From positions 1 to 32,426 of the IMG/VR virus record IMGVR_UViG_3300034095_000291: a stretch of 32,426 nt of DNA; one strand, 5' to 3'. The position numbers were made by a program, and so were the translations under genes. How positions within the stretch are numbered: position 1 is the first letter of the stretch; each line of letters starts with the position of its first letter. The DNA is from a virus. Its lineage: Duplodnaviria; Caudoviricetes. The notes beneath the pieces are model-generated. The model saw only the letters and a list, made by a program, of their open reading frames with translations, ran no database searches and was not told where the DNA came from. Positions 7,510 through 16,427 of this stretch are shown here, piece by piece.

Positions 7510-8128
7510 AACGTATAGACATAGAGCATCCGCAGCTGGATTGCTTTTAACAAACGGCAAAGACGAGTTAAAATTAGGTGCAACAATGACTACACACTTA
7601 AAGAAGTGGTATGCAGAGCAAAAGTCGGGGGTACGTGAGGAAATTAGATCCAAGTATTTCGATAAGGGGAATACGTGTGAGGCAGATGCAATTGATATTA
7701 CAGCAGAAAGATTAGGATTAGGCATCTTAGAAAAGAACTTAGTTCACTTCAACGATGAATACTTTCAAGGCACACCTGACGTTTACACGGATGAGTTAGT
7801 TATCGATACTAAATGCTCATGGGATTACACTACATTTTTAGATGCTGTAACGTCACCAATTAATAAAGACTACGAAGCACAATTACAAGTGTATATGCAT
7901 TTGTTAGGATTAAAGAAAGCAAAGTTAGTGTATGTAATGTTAGATACACCAGCTGAAGCTAATTATGGTGAGGATATCTTCTACTCACACCTTCCAATTG
8001 AGCAACGATTCTTTGCGTTTGAATTGGAATACGATAAAGAAATGATTGAAGCAATGCAAGAGAAGGTAATTAATGCAAGAACTTTTTTAAATGATTACGA
8101 TGCAAGAATCAAAAATATACTTAGATAA
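7499..8128 (+). CDS. YqaJ/lambda-exo-like PD-(D/E)XK exonuclease
   Basis: G..CE..AI, GTPD, IDTKCS, YEAQLQVYM. Confidence 0.88.
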   Translation: MENKTYRHRASAAGLLLTNGKDELKLGATMTTHLKKWYAEQKSGVREEIRSKYFDKGNTCEADAIDITAERLGLGILEKNLVHFNDEYFQGTPDVYTDELVIDTKCSWDYTTFLDAVTSPINKDYEAQLQVYMHLLGLKKAKLVYVMLDTPAEANYGEDIFYSHLPIEQRFFAFELEYDKEMIEAMQEKVINARTFLNDYDARIKNILR

Positions 8129-8252
8129 GAGAGATAACACCATTGTCATGTTAGTATTACGTGGCAATGGATTCATCCGAGTAAAGCCAGCAAAAGGTTT
8201 GGACATCGTAATGTCAGTTGAATGTTTTAAAACTAATTTTAAAAGAATATGA
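8091..8252 (+). CDS. Small hypothetical protein (53 aa, not in ORF track)
   Basis: MITMQESKIYLDKRD...FKRI; fills gap, ATGA-coupled to next ORF. Confidence 0.6.
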   Translation: MITMQESKIYLDKRDNTIVMLVLRGNGFIRVKPAKGLDIVMSVECFKTNFKRI

Positions 8253-8425
8253 TAATTACAATAAAGATGAGATGCGGTGATTTTATTAGATTTAAAACCG
8301 ACATGAATTTTGAAGATATTGCCGAGGATATACTCAACAGGCAATGGTCAAGAATACTACAAACAAACAACAGGAAAATAGTAATTAACAGAGACGATAT
8401 AAAATATATAACAGAACATGAATAA
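8249..8425 (+). CDS. Small hypothetical protein (58 aa, not in ORF track)
   Basis: MIITIKMRCGD...IVINRDDIKYITEHE; overlaps both neighbours. Confidence 0.65.
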   Translation: MIITIKMRCGDFIRFKTDMNFEDIAEDILNRQWSRILQTNNRKIVINRDDIKYITEHE

Positions 8426-8666
8426 ACAAATAAACAATACATTCCAAGTACTATTGCTCATGCAAATTGCACTTGAAAAGTTAGAAGACATGGACGATGG
8501 AAATACGTTCAGAGAGAATCACAGAGAGGTAATAGATAACTTTATTAAATATTTAGAGTCGAACGTGGAAGATTTAACATGCAATATTGATGTGCAAGAG
8601 TCCGACCAATACGCCTATATCTGTCGTAACATTCGTAAAGTAATAGATAAAATTAGAATCAAATGA
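8418..8666 (+). CDS. Hypothetical protein
   Basis: Coupled ORF. Confidence 0.7.
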   Translation: MNKQINNTFQVLLLMQIALEKLEDMDDGNTFRENHREVIDNFIKYLESNVEDLTCNIDVQESDQYAYICRNIRKVIDKIRIK

Positions 8667-9049
8667 GTATTTTTAAAGTAAGAGATAAAGTTTACCATAT
8701 TGAGTATGGTTGGGGTGTCGTAATTAAAAATGATAACGGAATTAGTTTTCCAATACTTGTAGAGTTCGCAAGTGATTTAATATGTTCATTTACTTTAGAT
8801 GGTAGAGAAAGTACAGAGAGCAAAAGCTCTACACTATCATTCACAGAATACACCTTGCAAGGATTCAGTCAAGAAAGACCTATTGAACTTCCTGAAGTTG
8901 GTGAGATGTGTTTGGTTAGGGATAATGAAAATGAACAATGGAGAGTTCGAGAGTTTACATTTGAACATAGCGGAACATTTTACGTTAAATCACTATGCGG
9001 TAGTACAGATGATTATATTTATATGAAACGATTTAAAATACTTGAATAA
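8663..9049 (+). CDS. Hypothetical protein with two SH3/KOW-like beta modules
   Basis: FKVRDKVYH..YGWGVV and PEVGEMCLVRD..W patterns. Confidence 0.7.
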   Translation: MSIFKVRDKVYHIEYGWGVVIKNDNGISFPILVEFASDLICSFTLDGRESTESKSSTLSFTEYTLQGFSQERPIELPEVGEMCLVRDNENEQWRVREFTFEHSGTFYVKSLCGSTDDYIYMKRFKILE

Positions 9050-9366
9050 TGAAAATAATAATCGCGATGTGTGTTTGGTGTGTTCTAACAAGTTTTAAAG
9101 CTACTTACTATAGTGATACATTCCATGGTAAAGTTATGCGTTCAGGTCAAGTTTATGACGCAAATAAGTTGACATGTGCTAGTAATACACATAAGTTAGG
9201 AACTAAATTAAAAGTAACTAACTTAGATAACGGAAAGAGCGTGATAGTTAAAGTTACCGATACAGGATCCTTTCGTAAAGTAACATTAGACTTATCAAAG
9301 AAAGCATTTAGTAAGATAGCTGAATTAGATAAAGGAGTAATAAATATTAAAATTAAGAAAATATGA
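9049..9366 (+). CDS. RlpA-like DPBB lytic transglycosylase domain with signal sequence
   Basis: ATYY..FHG..SG..YD..LTCA..GT.LKVTNLDNGKSVIVKVTD.G..LDLSKKAF. Confidence 0.88.
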   Translation: MKIIIAMCVWCVLTSFKATYYSDTFHGKVMRSGQVYDANKLTCASNTHKLGTKLKVTNLDNGKSVIVKVTDTGSFRKVTLDLSKKAFSKIAELDKGVINIKIKKI

Positions 9367-9695
9367 AAAAGAAAGAATTAGAACAAGCCTATAAATTTGA
9401 AATACAATTAAACACGACATTGTATGAAGAATTTAGACGAGTAGAAACAGAAAACAAAGTAATGCGAGACCAACTGTACGAATTAAGCAAGGACTACTTC
9501 ACACCACAAGATGCAATCGTAGCAAAGGTAATTGAAGCGTATAAAACAAGGTCAGAAATAGGGATAGCGAAGTATGGAACAACACTAGATGCAAATAATA
9601 CCGATGACTTTCTTCAGCATCTTCAGGAAGAATTAATGGACGCAACACTTTATATTGAAAAATTAAAAGAAATTGCATCGCAGTTAAATAAATAA
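9363..9695 (+). CDS. Coiled-coil protein with MazG-like all-alpha C-terminal domain
   Basis: KYGTTLD..LQHLQEELMDATLY (EExxD motif). Confidence 0.55.
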   Translation: MKKKELEQAYKFEIQLNTTLYEEFRRVETENKVMRDQLYELSKDYFTPQDAIVAKVIEAYKTRSEIGIAKYGTTLDANNTDDFLQHLQEELMDATLYIEKLKEIASQLNK

Positions 9696-9699
9696 TACT

Positions 9700-9707
9700 T
9701 ATATTAG
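9700..9707 (+). promoter_or_regulatory. Possible sigmaA -7 variant before SSB/sigma genes
   Basis: TATATTAG in intergenic gap; same TAnnTTAG variant as 2029. Confidence 0.4.
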
Positions 9708-9723
9708 TCAAAAATTAAAAACG

Positions 9724-10002
9724 ATGAGTAAATTTAAAGGAGTGATTACACACATTGGAGAGGTAATCGAATTAGGGAACTACAAAAAGCTGTATGTTCA
9801 TGTAGTAGAAAATGAAGGAGAGTATCCGCAGTCATGTAACTTTGAAGTATTTGGAGAGGCAAAAGTAGATAACGTTCTTAAATACAATCGAGTGGGGGAT
9901 GTAGTCGAAGTAGATTACAACCTAAAAGCTCAAGAATCAAAACGAGAAGCTGGTGTGTATTTTAATACCATTCAATCTTGGAAGATTACAAAGCATGATT
10001 AA
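9724..10002 (+). CDS. DUF3127-family single-stranded DNA-binding protein
   Basis: YPQ..FE..GD.V.V.YNL..E..YFNTIQSWKI. Confidence 0.85.
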   Translation: MSKFKGVITHIGEVIELGNYKKLYVHVVENEGEYPQSCNFEVFGEAKVDNVLKYNRVGDVVEVDYNLKAQESKREAGVYFNTIQSWKITKHD

Positions 10003-10519
10003 GCAAATAGAAGTAATAGCTAAAAAGCATAAGGACTGGGTGAATATCGCTCGGTCCTTTGGTGCTAAGACTGAAGCAGAAGACATCGTACAGGAAATGT
10101 ATCTTAGACTAGACAAATATATCAAGCCTGATCAAAAGATTTCTACATCGTTTGTATGGATAACTTTGAGAAACATTTACTTTGACTTCCTAAAGAAAGA
10201 GCCAGTCACATTTGAACTAGATAAGACCGTTTCTGAAGACGGTTGTGAGACCGAAAGTATAATTGCATACGGAGAGTTAAATAAACGCGTTAGAGACGAA
10301 CTTAATAATGTAGATTGGTTTGATAAAATGTTATTCGAACTATACGTGACAAGTGGTAAGTCAATGAGACAACTATCAAAAGAGACAGGTATATCACTTT
10401 CTTGTATATTCTATACCACCAATAGAACAAAAACACACTTGCAGAGTTTACTTAGTGAAGACTATGAAGATTATTTAAATGAAGATTACGAATGGCTAAA
10501 AGAAAAGCACAATGTGTAA
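9995..10519 (+). CDS. ECF-type sigma-70 family factor
   Basis: Region 2 AEDIVQEMYL..LRNIYFD; region 4 HTH SMRQLSKETGISLSCI; start at ATG 9995. Confidence 0.85.
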   Translation: MIKQIEVIAKKHKDWVNIARSFGAKTEAEDIVQEMYLRLDKYIKPDQKISTSFVWITLRNIYFDFLKKEPVTFELDKTVSEDGCETESIIAYGELNKRVRDELNNVDWFDKMLFELYVTSGKSMRQLSKETGISLSCIFYTTNRTKTHLQSLLSEDYEDYLNEDYEWLKEKHNV

Positions 10520-10910
10520 ACTAAATAATATAAAAAATAAGGAATTCATAATCTATAGAATAGTAAATGATAATTATGTTGGTGTAACAACTAATTTACA
10601 TAAAAGACTATTAAAGCACAGAAGTAGAAATGGATTTGATATAAGTAATGTTGATATATTAGAAACACACACTGAATTAGATACGGCTTTAACTTCTGAA
10701 TTAATGTATCAAGAAATATTTAAATGTAAAAAAGGAGTTAGAAACCAAGAAGGAAATAAAAATCCTATTGCTAAAGAAGTCTTATGTTTAAAAACAGGAA
10801 TTAAATTTGATACAATTAAAGAGGCATGCGAATCTTTAAATTATAGTTATTCACATGTAAGACATTTAATAAAAAACAACAACAATAAATTTTTATTAAT
10901 AAAAATATAA
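10512..10910 (+). CDS. GIY-YIG homing endonuclease with NUMOD1-like C-terminus
   Basis: IIY..YVG.T.NL.KR..H, downstream E; KEVLCLKTGIKFDTIKEAC. Confidence 0.75.
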   Translation: MCKLNNIKNKEFIIYRIVNDNYVGVTTNLHKRLLKHRSRNGFDISNVDILETHTELDTALTSELMYQEIFKCKKGVRNQEGNKNPIAKEVLCLKTGIKFDTIKEACESLNYSYSHVRHLIKNNNNKFLLIKI

Positions 10911-11275
10911 TGGCAAAAAGAATAGTTAAAAAATCAGAAGGATTAGGGGATACTGTAGAGAAAGTATTGCATGCTACTGGTATTGATAAAGTGGCTAAAT
11001 TCATTCTTGGGGAAGACTGCAAGTGTGATGAACGTAAAGCAAAACTTAACGAACTTTGGTCCTATAGAAAGAAACCACTTTGCCTTAATGAAGATGAGTA
11101 TCTTTGGCTTAGTGAGGGAGGATTAAAGAAAGCAGAGACATCATTAGTAGATTCTATGTTGATGCAAAGAACACATAATAGAGTATTCCAAACAGGGAGA
11201 ATAGAATATACTTCATGTGCATCTTGTTTGAGAGACCAATATCAAGACTTAAAGAAAATATATGACGCATATTAA
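10910..11275 (+). CDS. Cys-containing phage protein
   Basis: GLGDTVEK..TGI..DCKCDERK..CASC. Confidence 0.75.
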   Translation: MAKRIVKKSEGLGDTVEKVLHATGIDKVAKFILGEDCKCDERKAKLNELWSYRKKPLCLNEDEYLWLSEGGLKKAETSLVDSMLMQRTHNRVFQTGRIEYTSCASCLRDQYQDLKKIYDAY

Positions 11276-11336
11276 CAACGATATAATACAAGTAATATAT
11301 TCAGGTAGATTCTTTTTTGTAGTTTGCCTGAATTAA
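11262..11336 (+). CDS. 24-aa mini ORF
   Basis: MTHINNDIIQVIYSGRFFFVVCLN; fills gap before terS. Confidence 0.4.
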   Translation: MTHINNDIIQVIYSGRFFFVVCLN

Positions 11337-11356
11337 TTAATTAAATTGTATTAATT

Positions 11357-11650
11357 ATGGATAAGAGAAAGAATAATGGAGGACATTCTACTGCTGGTAA
11401 AGCTGGTCGTAAAAGTCTATCCGATGAAATAAAAGGTTTCAATTTAGCGGCTCCTCATGTTGAAGATGCATTCAGAGTGATAGCAGAAATAACAATAGAC
11501 GAAACAAAAAGACCTTCAGATAGAATTGCAGCTGCCAAGATTATAATCGAGTATGGTTGTGGTAAACCTAAAGAAAGAGTTGAGTCAGATGTTACAATCA
11601 ATACAACAACATTAAAAGATTTAATTAACTTTGGTAACACTGAATCCTAA
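11357..11650 (+). CDS. terS: Terminase small subunit
   Basis: DKRKNNGG..AGRK N-terminus, GKPKE C-terminus; overlaps terL start. Confidence 0.75.
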   Translation: MDKRKNNGGHSTAGKAGRKSLSDEIKGFNLAAPHVEDAFRVIAEITIDETKRPSDRIAAAKIIIEYGCGKPKERVESDVTINTTTLKDLINFGNTES

Positions 11651-12836
11651 ATATAAACCTTTTGGAAGTGATAGCAGATATTTTATTATTACTGGTGGTC
11701 GTGGTAGTGGGAAGTCTTACAGCATTAACTTGCTACTTCTACTACTTACATATGAAAATGGGCATACCATTCTATTTACAAGATATACACTTACTTCTGC
11801 TCACGTTTCTATTATTCCTGAATTTATTGATAAGATTGATATACTAGATAAGCACTCAGATTTTCATATAACAAAGGATGAGATTATAAACCTAAGAACA
11901 GGAAGTAAGATATTATTCAAGGGTATAAAGACAAGCTCAGGAACTCAAACAGCAAACCTTAAATCTTTGGCTGGAGTTACAACATGGATACTAGATGAAG
12001 CAGAGGAACTTACAGAGGAGGATACATTTGATAAGATAGACTATTCGATACGATCCAAAGACAAACAGAATAGAGTTATATTAATACTTAATCCAGCTAC
12101 GAAAGAACATTTTATTTATCAAAAGTTCTTTGAAGCTAAAGGAGTTGAAGCTGGGAGCAATACAATTAAAGGGGATACAACATACATACATACGACATAC
12201 CTAGATAATTATAACAACTTATCTGAAAGTTTCTTAAATCAAATAGAAACGATAAAGAAACGTAGACCTGACAAGTATAAACACACTATATTAGGTGGAT
12301 GGTTAGAGAAAGCAGAAGGAGTTATATTTACCAATTGGAGAATAGGAGAGTTCAACAAAGATAATGGCAGTGTGTTCGGTCAGGATTATGGTTTTAGCAA
12401 CGATCCATCTACATTAATTGAAACGTCAATTGATAGAGCTAATAAAAAGATATATATTAAAGAGCATATACATAAGCAAGGTTTAACAACGTCTGAACTT
12501 GCACAACTAAACCAACAATTTGCGGGAAGAGATTTAATTGTAGGAGATAATTCAGAGCCTAGATTGATAGCAGAACTTAAAGCAAGAGGACTAAATATAG
12601 TAGCAACAATTAAGGGAGCAGATTCAGTAAAATATGGTATAAGTTTAATTCAAGATTATGACTTGATTATTGAAGAAAATTCCGTAAATTTGATAAAGGA
12701 ATTAAATAACTATTGTTGGCTTGAAAAGAAGAGTGAGACGCCAATAGATAAATACAATCACTGCTTAGATGCAATGAGATATGCGATTAGTTACCAGTTA
12801 GCTAATCCAAATAAAGGAAAGTATTCAATTTACTAA
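11631..12836 (+). CDS. terL: Terminase large subunit (PBSX/SPP1-like)
   Basis: GGRGSGKS, LDEAEE, LNP, QDYG, NHCLDAMRY; TTG start. Confidence 0.95.
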   Translation: MVTLNPKYKPFGSDSRYFIITGGRGSGKSYSINLLLLLLTYENGHTILFTRYTLTSAHVSIIPEFIDKIDILDKHSDFHITKDEIINLRTGSKILFKGIKTSSGTQTANLKSLAGVTTWILDEAEELTEEDTFDKIDYSIRSKDKQNRVILILNPATKEHFIYQKFFEAKGVEAGSNTIKGDTTYIHTTYLDNYNNLSESFLNQIETIKKRRPDKYKHTILGGWLEKAEGVIFTNWRIGEFNKDNGSVFGQDYGFSNDPSTLIETSIDRANKKIYIKEHIHKQGLTTSELAQLNQQFAGRDLIVGDNSEPRLIAELKARGLNIVATIKGADSVKYGISLIQDYDLIIEENSVNLIKELNNYCWLEKKSETPIDKYNHCLDAMRYAISYQLANPNKGKYSIY

Positions 12837-12838
12837 AT

Positions 12839-12861
12839 ACAAAATATGAAAACAGAAGTTA
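12839..12861 (+). promoter_or_regulatory. Putative late promoter ACAAA-N14-GTTA
   Basis: Motif match right after terL stop. Confidence 0.5.
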
Positions 12862-13052
12862 AAGAAGTATCGTTTCAAGTACCAAACAAGAAACAAATTA
12901 TTAAGAATGTAACCTTAGACTTAATCGAGAAGTTTAAAGCTGAACATGGAGACGGATGGAAGTTAGCAATGTACGAAGCTATCGACAATGAGATAATGAA
13001 GTTTCAGGGGAGTTTAGAGTATTGGAAAGCTATTAGAAAGAATATTAAATGA
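12846..13052 (+). CDS. Hypothetical protein
   Basis: ORF with ATGA coupling downstream. Confidence 0.65.
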   Translation: MKTEVKEVSFQVPNKKQIIKNVTLDLIEKFKAEHGDGWKLAMYEAIDNEIMKFQGSLEYWKAIRKNIK

Positions 13053-13360
13053 AGGGTAAATATTTAATTACAACAGATGCTTGGTTTTTTGCTCCTGATG
13101 GTAGACAATACAAGTCAGTATGGGGTGAAGTAACTATATTAGAAGATACTTTATTAGGTGTAAAAACTAATAGAAATTCGACTAATTGGTATGCTAAAAT
13201 AGGAAGTGAAAACAATCATGTAATTGTTGCTGGTTGTCAAATTCACTACGCATTGAAATGTCCATTTAAACCACAAAATAGAGACGTAGAAGACCATACA
13301 ACAAGTGATAGTGGAATAGTCCATTACAAAAGACCTACATATATTTACATAGCAGAATGA
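13049..13360 (+). CDS. Hypothetical beta-rich protein
   Basis: ATGA-coupled on both sides. Confidence 0.7.
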   Translation: MKGKYLITTDAWFFAPDGRQYKSVWGEVTILEDTLLGVKTNRNSTNWYAKIGSENNHVIVAGCQIHYALKCPFKPQNRDVEDHTTSDSGIVHYKRPTYIYIAE

Positions 13361-14046
13361 AGTTAGAATTAGTAATACCAACATCTTTAAGTGAGATACC
13401 TTTGATGCACTACCAAAAATACATGGTAGTTGCATCAAATAAGGATAACTCAGACTTGTTTATATCTCAGAAGATGATAGAAATCTTTTGTGGTATAGAA
13501 TTGAAGAGCGTAGTTAACATTAAGCTATCAGATGTTATAGATTTAGTTACTCATTTCAAAGGATTATTCGATAAGAAACTAGAGCTAAAGAAGACATTCG
13601 AGATACAAGGTGTAAAGTTTGGATTCATTAATGAACTTGAAGATATATCGTTTGGTGAGTACATAGATTTAGAGTCTAACATTATCGATGTACAATCATT
13701 CCACAAGGCTATGGCTGTTATGTATCGACCGATTACGAGTCAGAAAGGGGATAAGTATACCATAGAGAAATATAACGGGACAGCTAACTATGCTGACTTA
13801 ATGAAGTATGCACCACTTGATGTTGTATTGCCAGCATCGGTTTTTTTTTGGAGTTTAGGAAACGAACTATTGACGGCTACCCTGTCTTATTTAGAGAAAC
13901 AGATGACAAAGAAAGCCAAAACGATTTTAGCGAAACAACTCAATTTGGAAAACAATGGGGATGGTATCAATCAATATATCAACTCGCTAAAGGAGACATT
14001 ACAAAGTTTGAACGAGTTACAGAATCGGGACTTTTTGAGTGCTTAA
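13357..14046 (+). CDS. Putative tail assembly chaperone (zero-frame product)
   Basis: Contains T9 slippery run at 13841-13849 leading into an open -1 frame. Confidence 0.65.
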   Translation: MKLELVIPTSLSEIPLMHYQKYMVVASNKDNSDLFISQKMIEIFCGIELKSVVNIKLSDVIDLVTHFKGLFDKKLELKKTFEIQGVKFGFINELEDISFGEYIDLESNIIDVQSFHKAMAVMYRPITSQKGDKYTIEKYNGTANYADLMKYAPLDVVLPASVFFWSLGNELLTATLSYLEKQMTKKAKTILAKQLNLENNGDGINQYINSLKETLQSLNELQNRDFLSA

Positions 14047-14123
14047 CAATGCTCACATTTGAAAAGCAAAAGACTGACATAGAAAATAGACAATTAAAAC
14101 GACAACATGAAAGGATACTTTGA
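13842..14123 (+). CDS. -1 frameshift extension (gpGT-like)
   Basis: Protein-like FLEFRKR..QWGWYQSIYQLAKGDITKF with no upstream ATG; overlaps next gene start. Confidence 0.7.
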   Translation, partial: FFLEFRKRTIDGYPVLFRETDDKESQNDFSETTQFGKQWGWYQSIYQLAKGDITKFERVTESGLFECLTMLTFEKQKTDIENRQLKRQHERIL

Positions 14124-14562
14124 TTTAACAACTTTACTAAACAACCTATTAATTGGTGATCCTTTAATTAACCAAACTACTAAGGGAAGTTTAGATAAGA
14201 TTACTAATGCTAAAAAGGATATGTATCCATTAGCGCATGTAATGGTGGACAATGGACAGTTTGAATCCAACACGATTAGATTTAGTGTATCAGTTATCGT
14301 AATGGATATAATCAACTATACTAAGGATAATTTAGAGGACTTGTACTATGGTAATAATAATGAAGATGATGTACACCACCAAAGCATAGCAAGTTGTCAG
14401 AGATTGTTTGAGCAGTTAAGAAGAGGTGAGTACAGTAGAGAATTCTCAATCGAATCTGATAGCGCTACATTTGAATTATTTACTGAGAGATTTACGGACG
14501 ATGTTGCTGGATGTACAATGACTTTTGATGTTACAATGGCAAACACAATGACTATATGTTAA
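14107..14562 (+). CDS. Putative tail terminator/completion protein
   Basis: Size, YPLAHV motif, beta-rich C-terminus, context. Confidence 0.55.
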   Translation: MKGYFDLTTLLNNLLIGDPLINQTTKGSLDKITNAKKDMYPLAHVMVDNGQFESNTIRFSVSVIVMDIINYTKDNLEDLYYGNNNEDDVHHQSIASCQRLFEQLRRGEYSREFSIESDSATFELFTERFTDDVAGCTMTFDVTMANTMTIC

Positions 14563-15083
14563 ACGTACAAGAAGAATTAGACAAGTTTAAAAAATATGTA
14601 ATACAGCAATCTAGATCTAACTTAACTAAGCAAGGGAGGAACGACACAAAAGGATTGTATAATGCTATTAAAGGTGAAGCAAAAGCTATGCCTAATTCTT
14701 TCTACTTGGCATTTGATTTAGGGGAGTATGGTGCTTATGTAGACCAAGGTGTACGTGGTAAGAATTCAAGCGCTAAAGCTCCTAACTCTCCATTTAAGTT
14801 TGGTAGCGGTAAAGGTAAGAAAGGAGGGTTAACTCAGGGAATACAAAGATGGGTTAAGGCTAGGAGGTTTCAGTTTAGGGATAAGAAGAGCGGTAAGTTT
14901 ATGTCATATGAATCTACAGCATTCTTAATCACTAGGTCCATATATTCTAAAGGTACAAAGCCTTCGTTATTCTTTACTAAACCATTTCAAAAATACTTCG
15001 AGAAATTACCACAAGAATTAATCGTTAAATACGGATTGGACGTTGAAGAGTTATTTAAGTATACAATTCAACAACCTAAATAA
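14556..15083 (+). CDS. Putative neck/tail completion protein (HK97 gp10-like)
   Basis: Basic; TKGLYNAI, YGAYVDQG, GTKPSLFFTKP. Confidence 0.6.
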   Translation: MLNVQEELDKFKKYVIQQSRSNLTKQGRNDTKGLYNAIKGEAKAMPNSFYLAFDLGEYGAYVDQGVRGKNSSAKAPNSPFKFGSGKGKKGGLTQGIQRWVKARRFQFRDKKSGKFMSYESTAFLITRSIYSKGTKPSLFFTKPFQKYFEKLPQELIVKYGLDVEELFKYTIQQPK

Positions 15084-16427
15084 ATGGCAAACATATTTGT
15101 AAGAAGTCCTTATATCGTATCTATAAATGAGACGGGACAGGTGAGCAGTAAGATAGAGATATACTTATGGAATGGTACGGGATCAGCTCCTGCTACACCA
15201 CAATATACACTTAGTAAAGCAATCCCTTCAGATACTAACACTAACACTAGTTATGATATATCACCATATGTTAGGGAATATCTTTCTCATGTTGCTACAC
15301 AATCTCCTGTAGCATTATCTACTTCATTTACTAACTTAACTTCTACACAATGGTGTAATGTTAAAGTTAAAAAATATTATAAATTAATAATAGACGGTGA
15401 AGTTACCAATGATTTTTTACTGGGTGAGGTTACGCATTACGCACATGATGGGTATTCATTCTACGAGTCGGGTGCTAACTTCGATCATGGTAGATTCTTA
15501 CTAGAGCAGAAAGAATATTTTTATAATGAAGATGCGACATATGCGGGTGAGGTAGCTTGTTATTTGAATTCAGGTGAAAAGGTAAAGTATGGTAACGACT
15601 TTACATCCTCCACTGCCACGATAAACTCTACACCTATATTCGGTGGGTTTAGAAAGATTACATCTGTATCTGTAACTGGGGACTACACAGCAGAGGCAAC
15701 AACAGGAGTTGCCTTGTATTTTACCTACGAGTATGAAGCAGGACAGCCTATAACATCATGGACAGGAACAGTTTTATCTTCAGTATATAATTCAGGGACA
15801 AACATAACGACAATAACACCTAATTTCGGGGGTACTGATATAATTATTGAAGGTGGGTTAAGCAACTCAGGTAATAGAACTGTTACGGCTGGAGATTCTG
15901 AACTGTACACCGTTTCAACAAGTGGGTGGTATACAATACCAAGAATATCGGGAGACCTTACAATACTAAGAATATACAACTCTGCGCTTAGTACATTATA
16001 TGCATCGTGGACATTTACTCCTATTTGTGAGCCTAAGTATACACCAGTTGTAATTGACTTTATAAACAAGTACGGAGCATGGCAAAGAGAGTTCTTTTTT
16101 AAGGCGTCAAAGACTAATATATCTATTGAGTCGAATGATTATAACGTGATGCAAAGTTCTGCTAGTGCATACGATGTATTACAAGGTCAAAAAAGATCAT
16201 TCAATACTAATGGAATGGAGACAATTTCTGTTAATAGTGGGTATGTTAACGAAGATTTTAGCTCGAATATTAAACAGCTTCTAATGAGTGAACGTATATT
16301 GGTTGATAATAAGCCTGCGATATGTAAAACAAAGTCCTTAGAGTTGATGAAAAACATAAATAATCACATGATTAATTATAGTTTAGAGTTTGAGTTTGCG
16401 TATAATTCTATAAATAACGTGATATAA
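15084..16427 (+). CDS. Tail tip/baseplate structural protein (Dit-like)
   Basis: Beta-rich, FINKYGAWQ motif, precedes hub-like gene. Confidence 0.5.
   Translation: MANIFVRSPYIVSINETGQVSSKIEIYLWNGTGSAPATPQYTLSKAIPSDTNTNTSYDISPYVREYLSHVATQSPVALSTSFTNLTSTQWCNVKVKKYYKLIIDGEVTNDFLLGEVTHYAHDGYSFYESGANFDHGRFLLEQKEYFYNEDATYAGEVACYLNSGEKVKYGNDFTSSTATINSTPIFGGFRKITSVSVTGDYTAEATTGVALYFTYEYEAGQPITSWTGTVLSSVYNSGTNITTITPNFGGTDIIIEGGLSNSGNRTVTAGDSELYTVSTSGWYTIPRISGDLTILRIYNSALSTLYASWTFTPICEPKYTPVVIDFINKYGAWQREFFFKASKTNISIESNDYNVMQSSASAYDVLQGQKRSFNTNGMETISVNSGYVNEDFSSNIKQLLMSERILVDNKPAICKTKSLELMKNINNHMINYSLEFEFAYNSINNVI

Noticed and set aside
8799-9026. Alternate-frame + ORF inside 8663-9049
   Set aside because: Fully nested, no slippery site or motif seen
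10492-10930. Group I intron around the GIY-YIG gene
   Set aside because: No non-coding space for a ribozyme core and the downstream gene has its own ATG
11331-11356. AATT tandem palindrome before terS as pac/cos site
   Set aside because: Low-complexity AT sequence with no independent support
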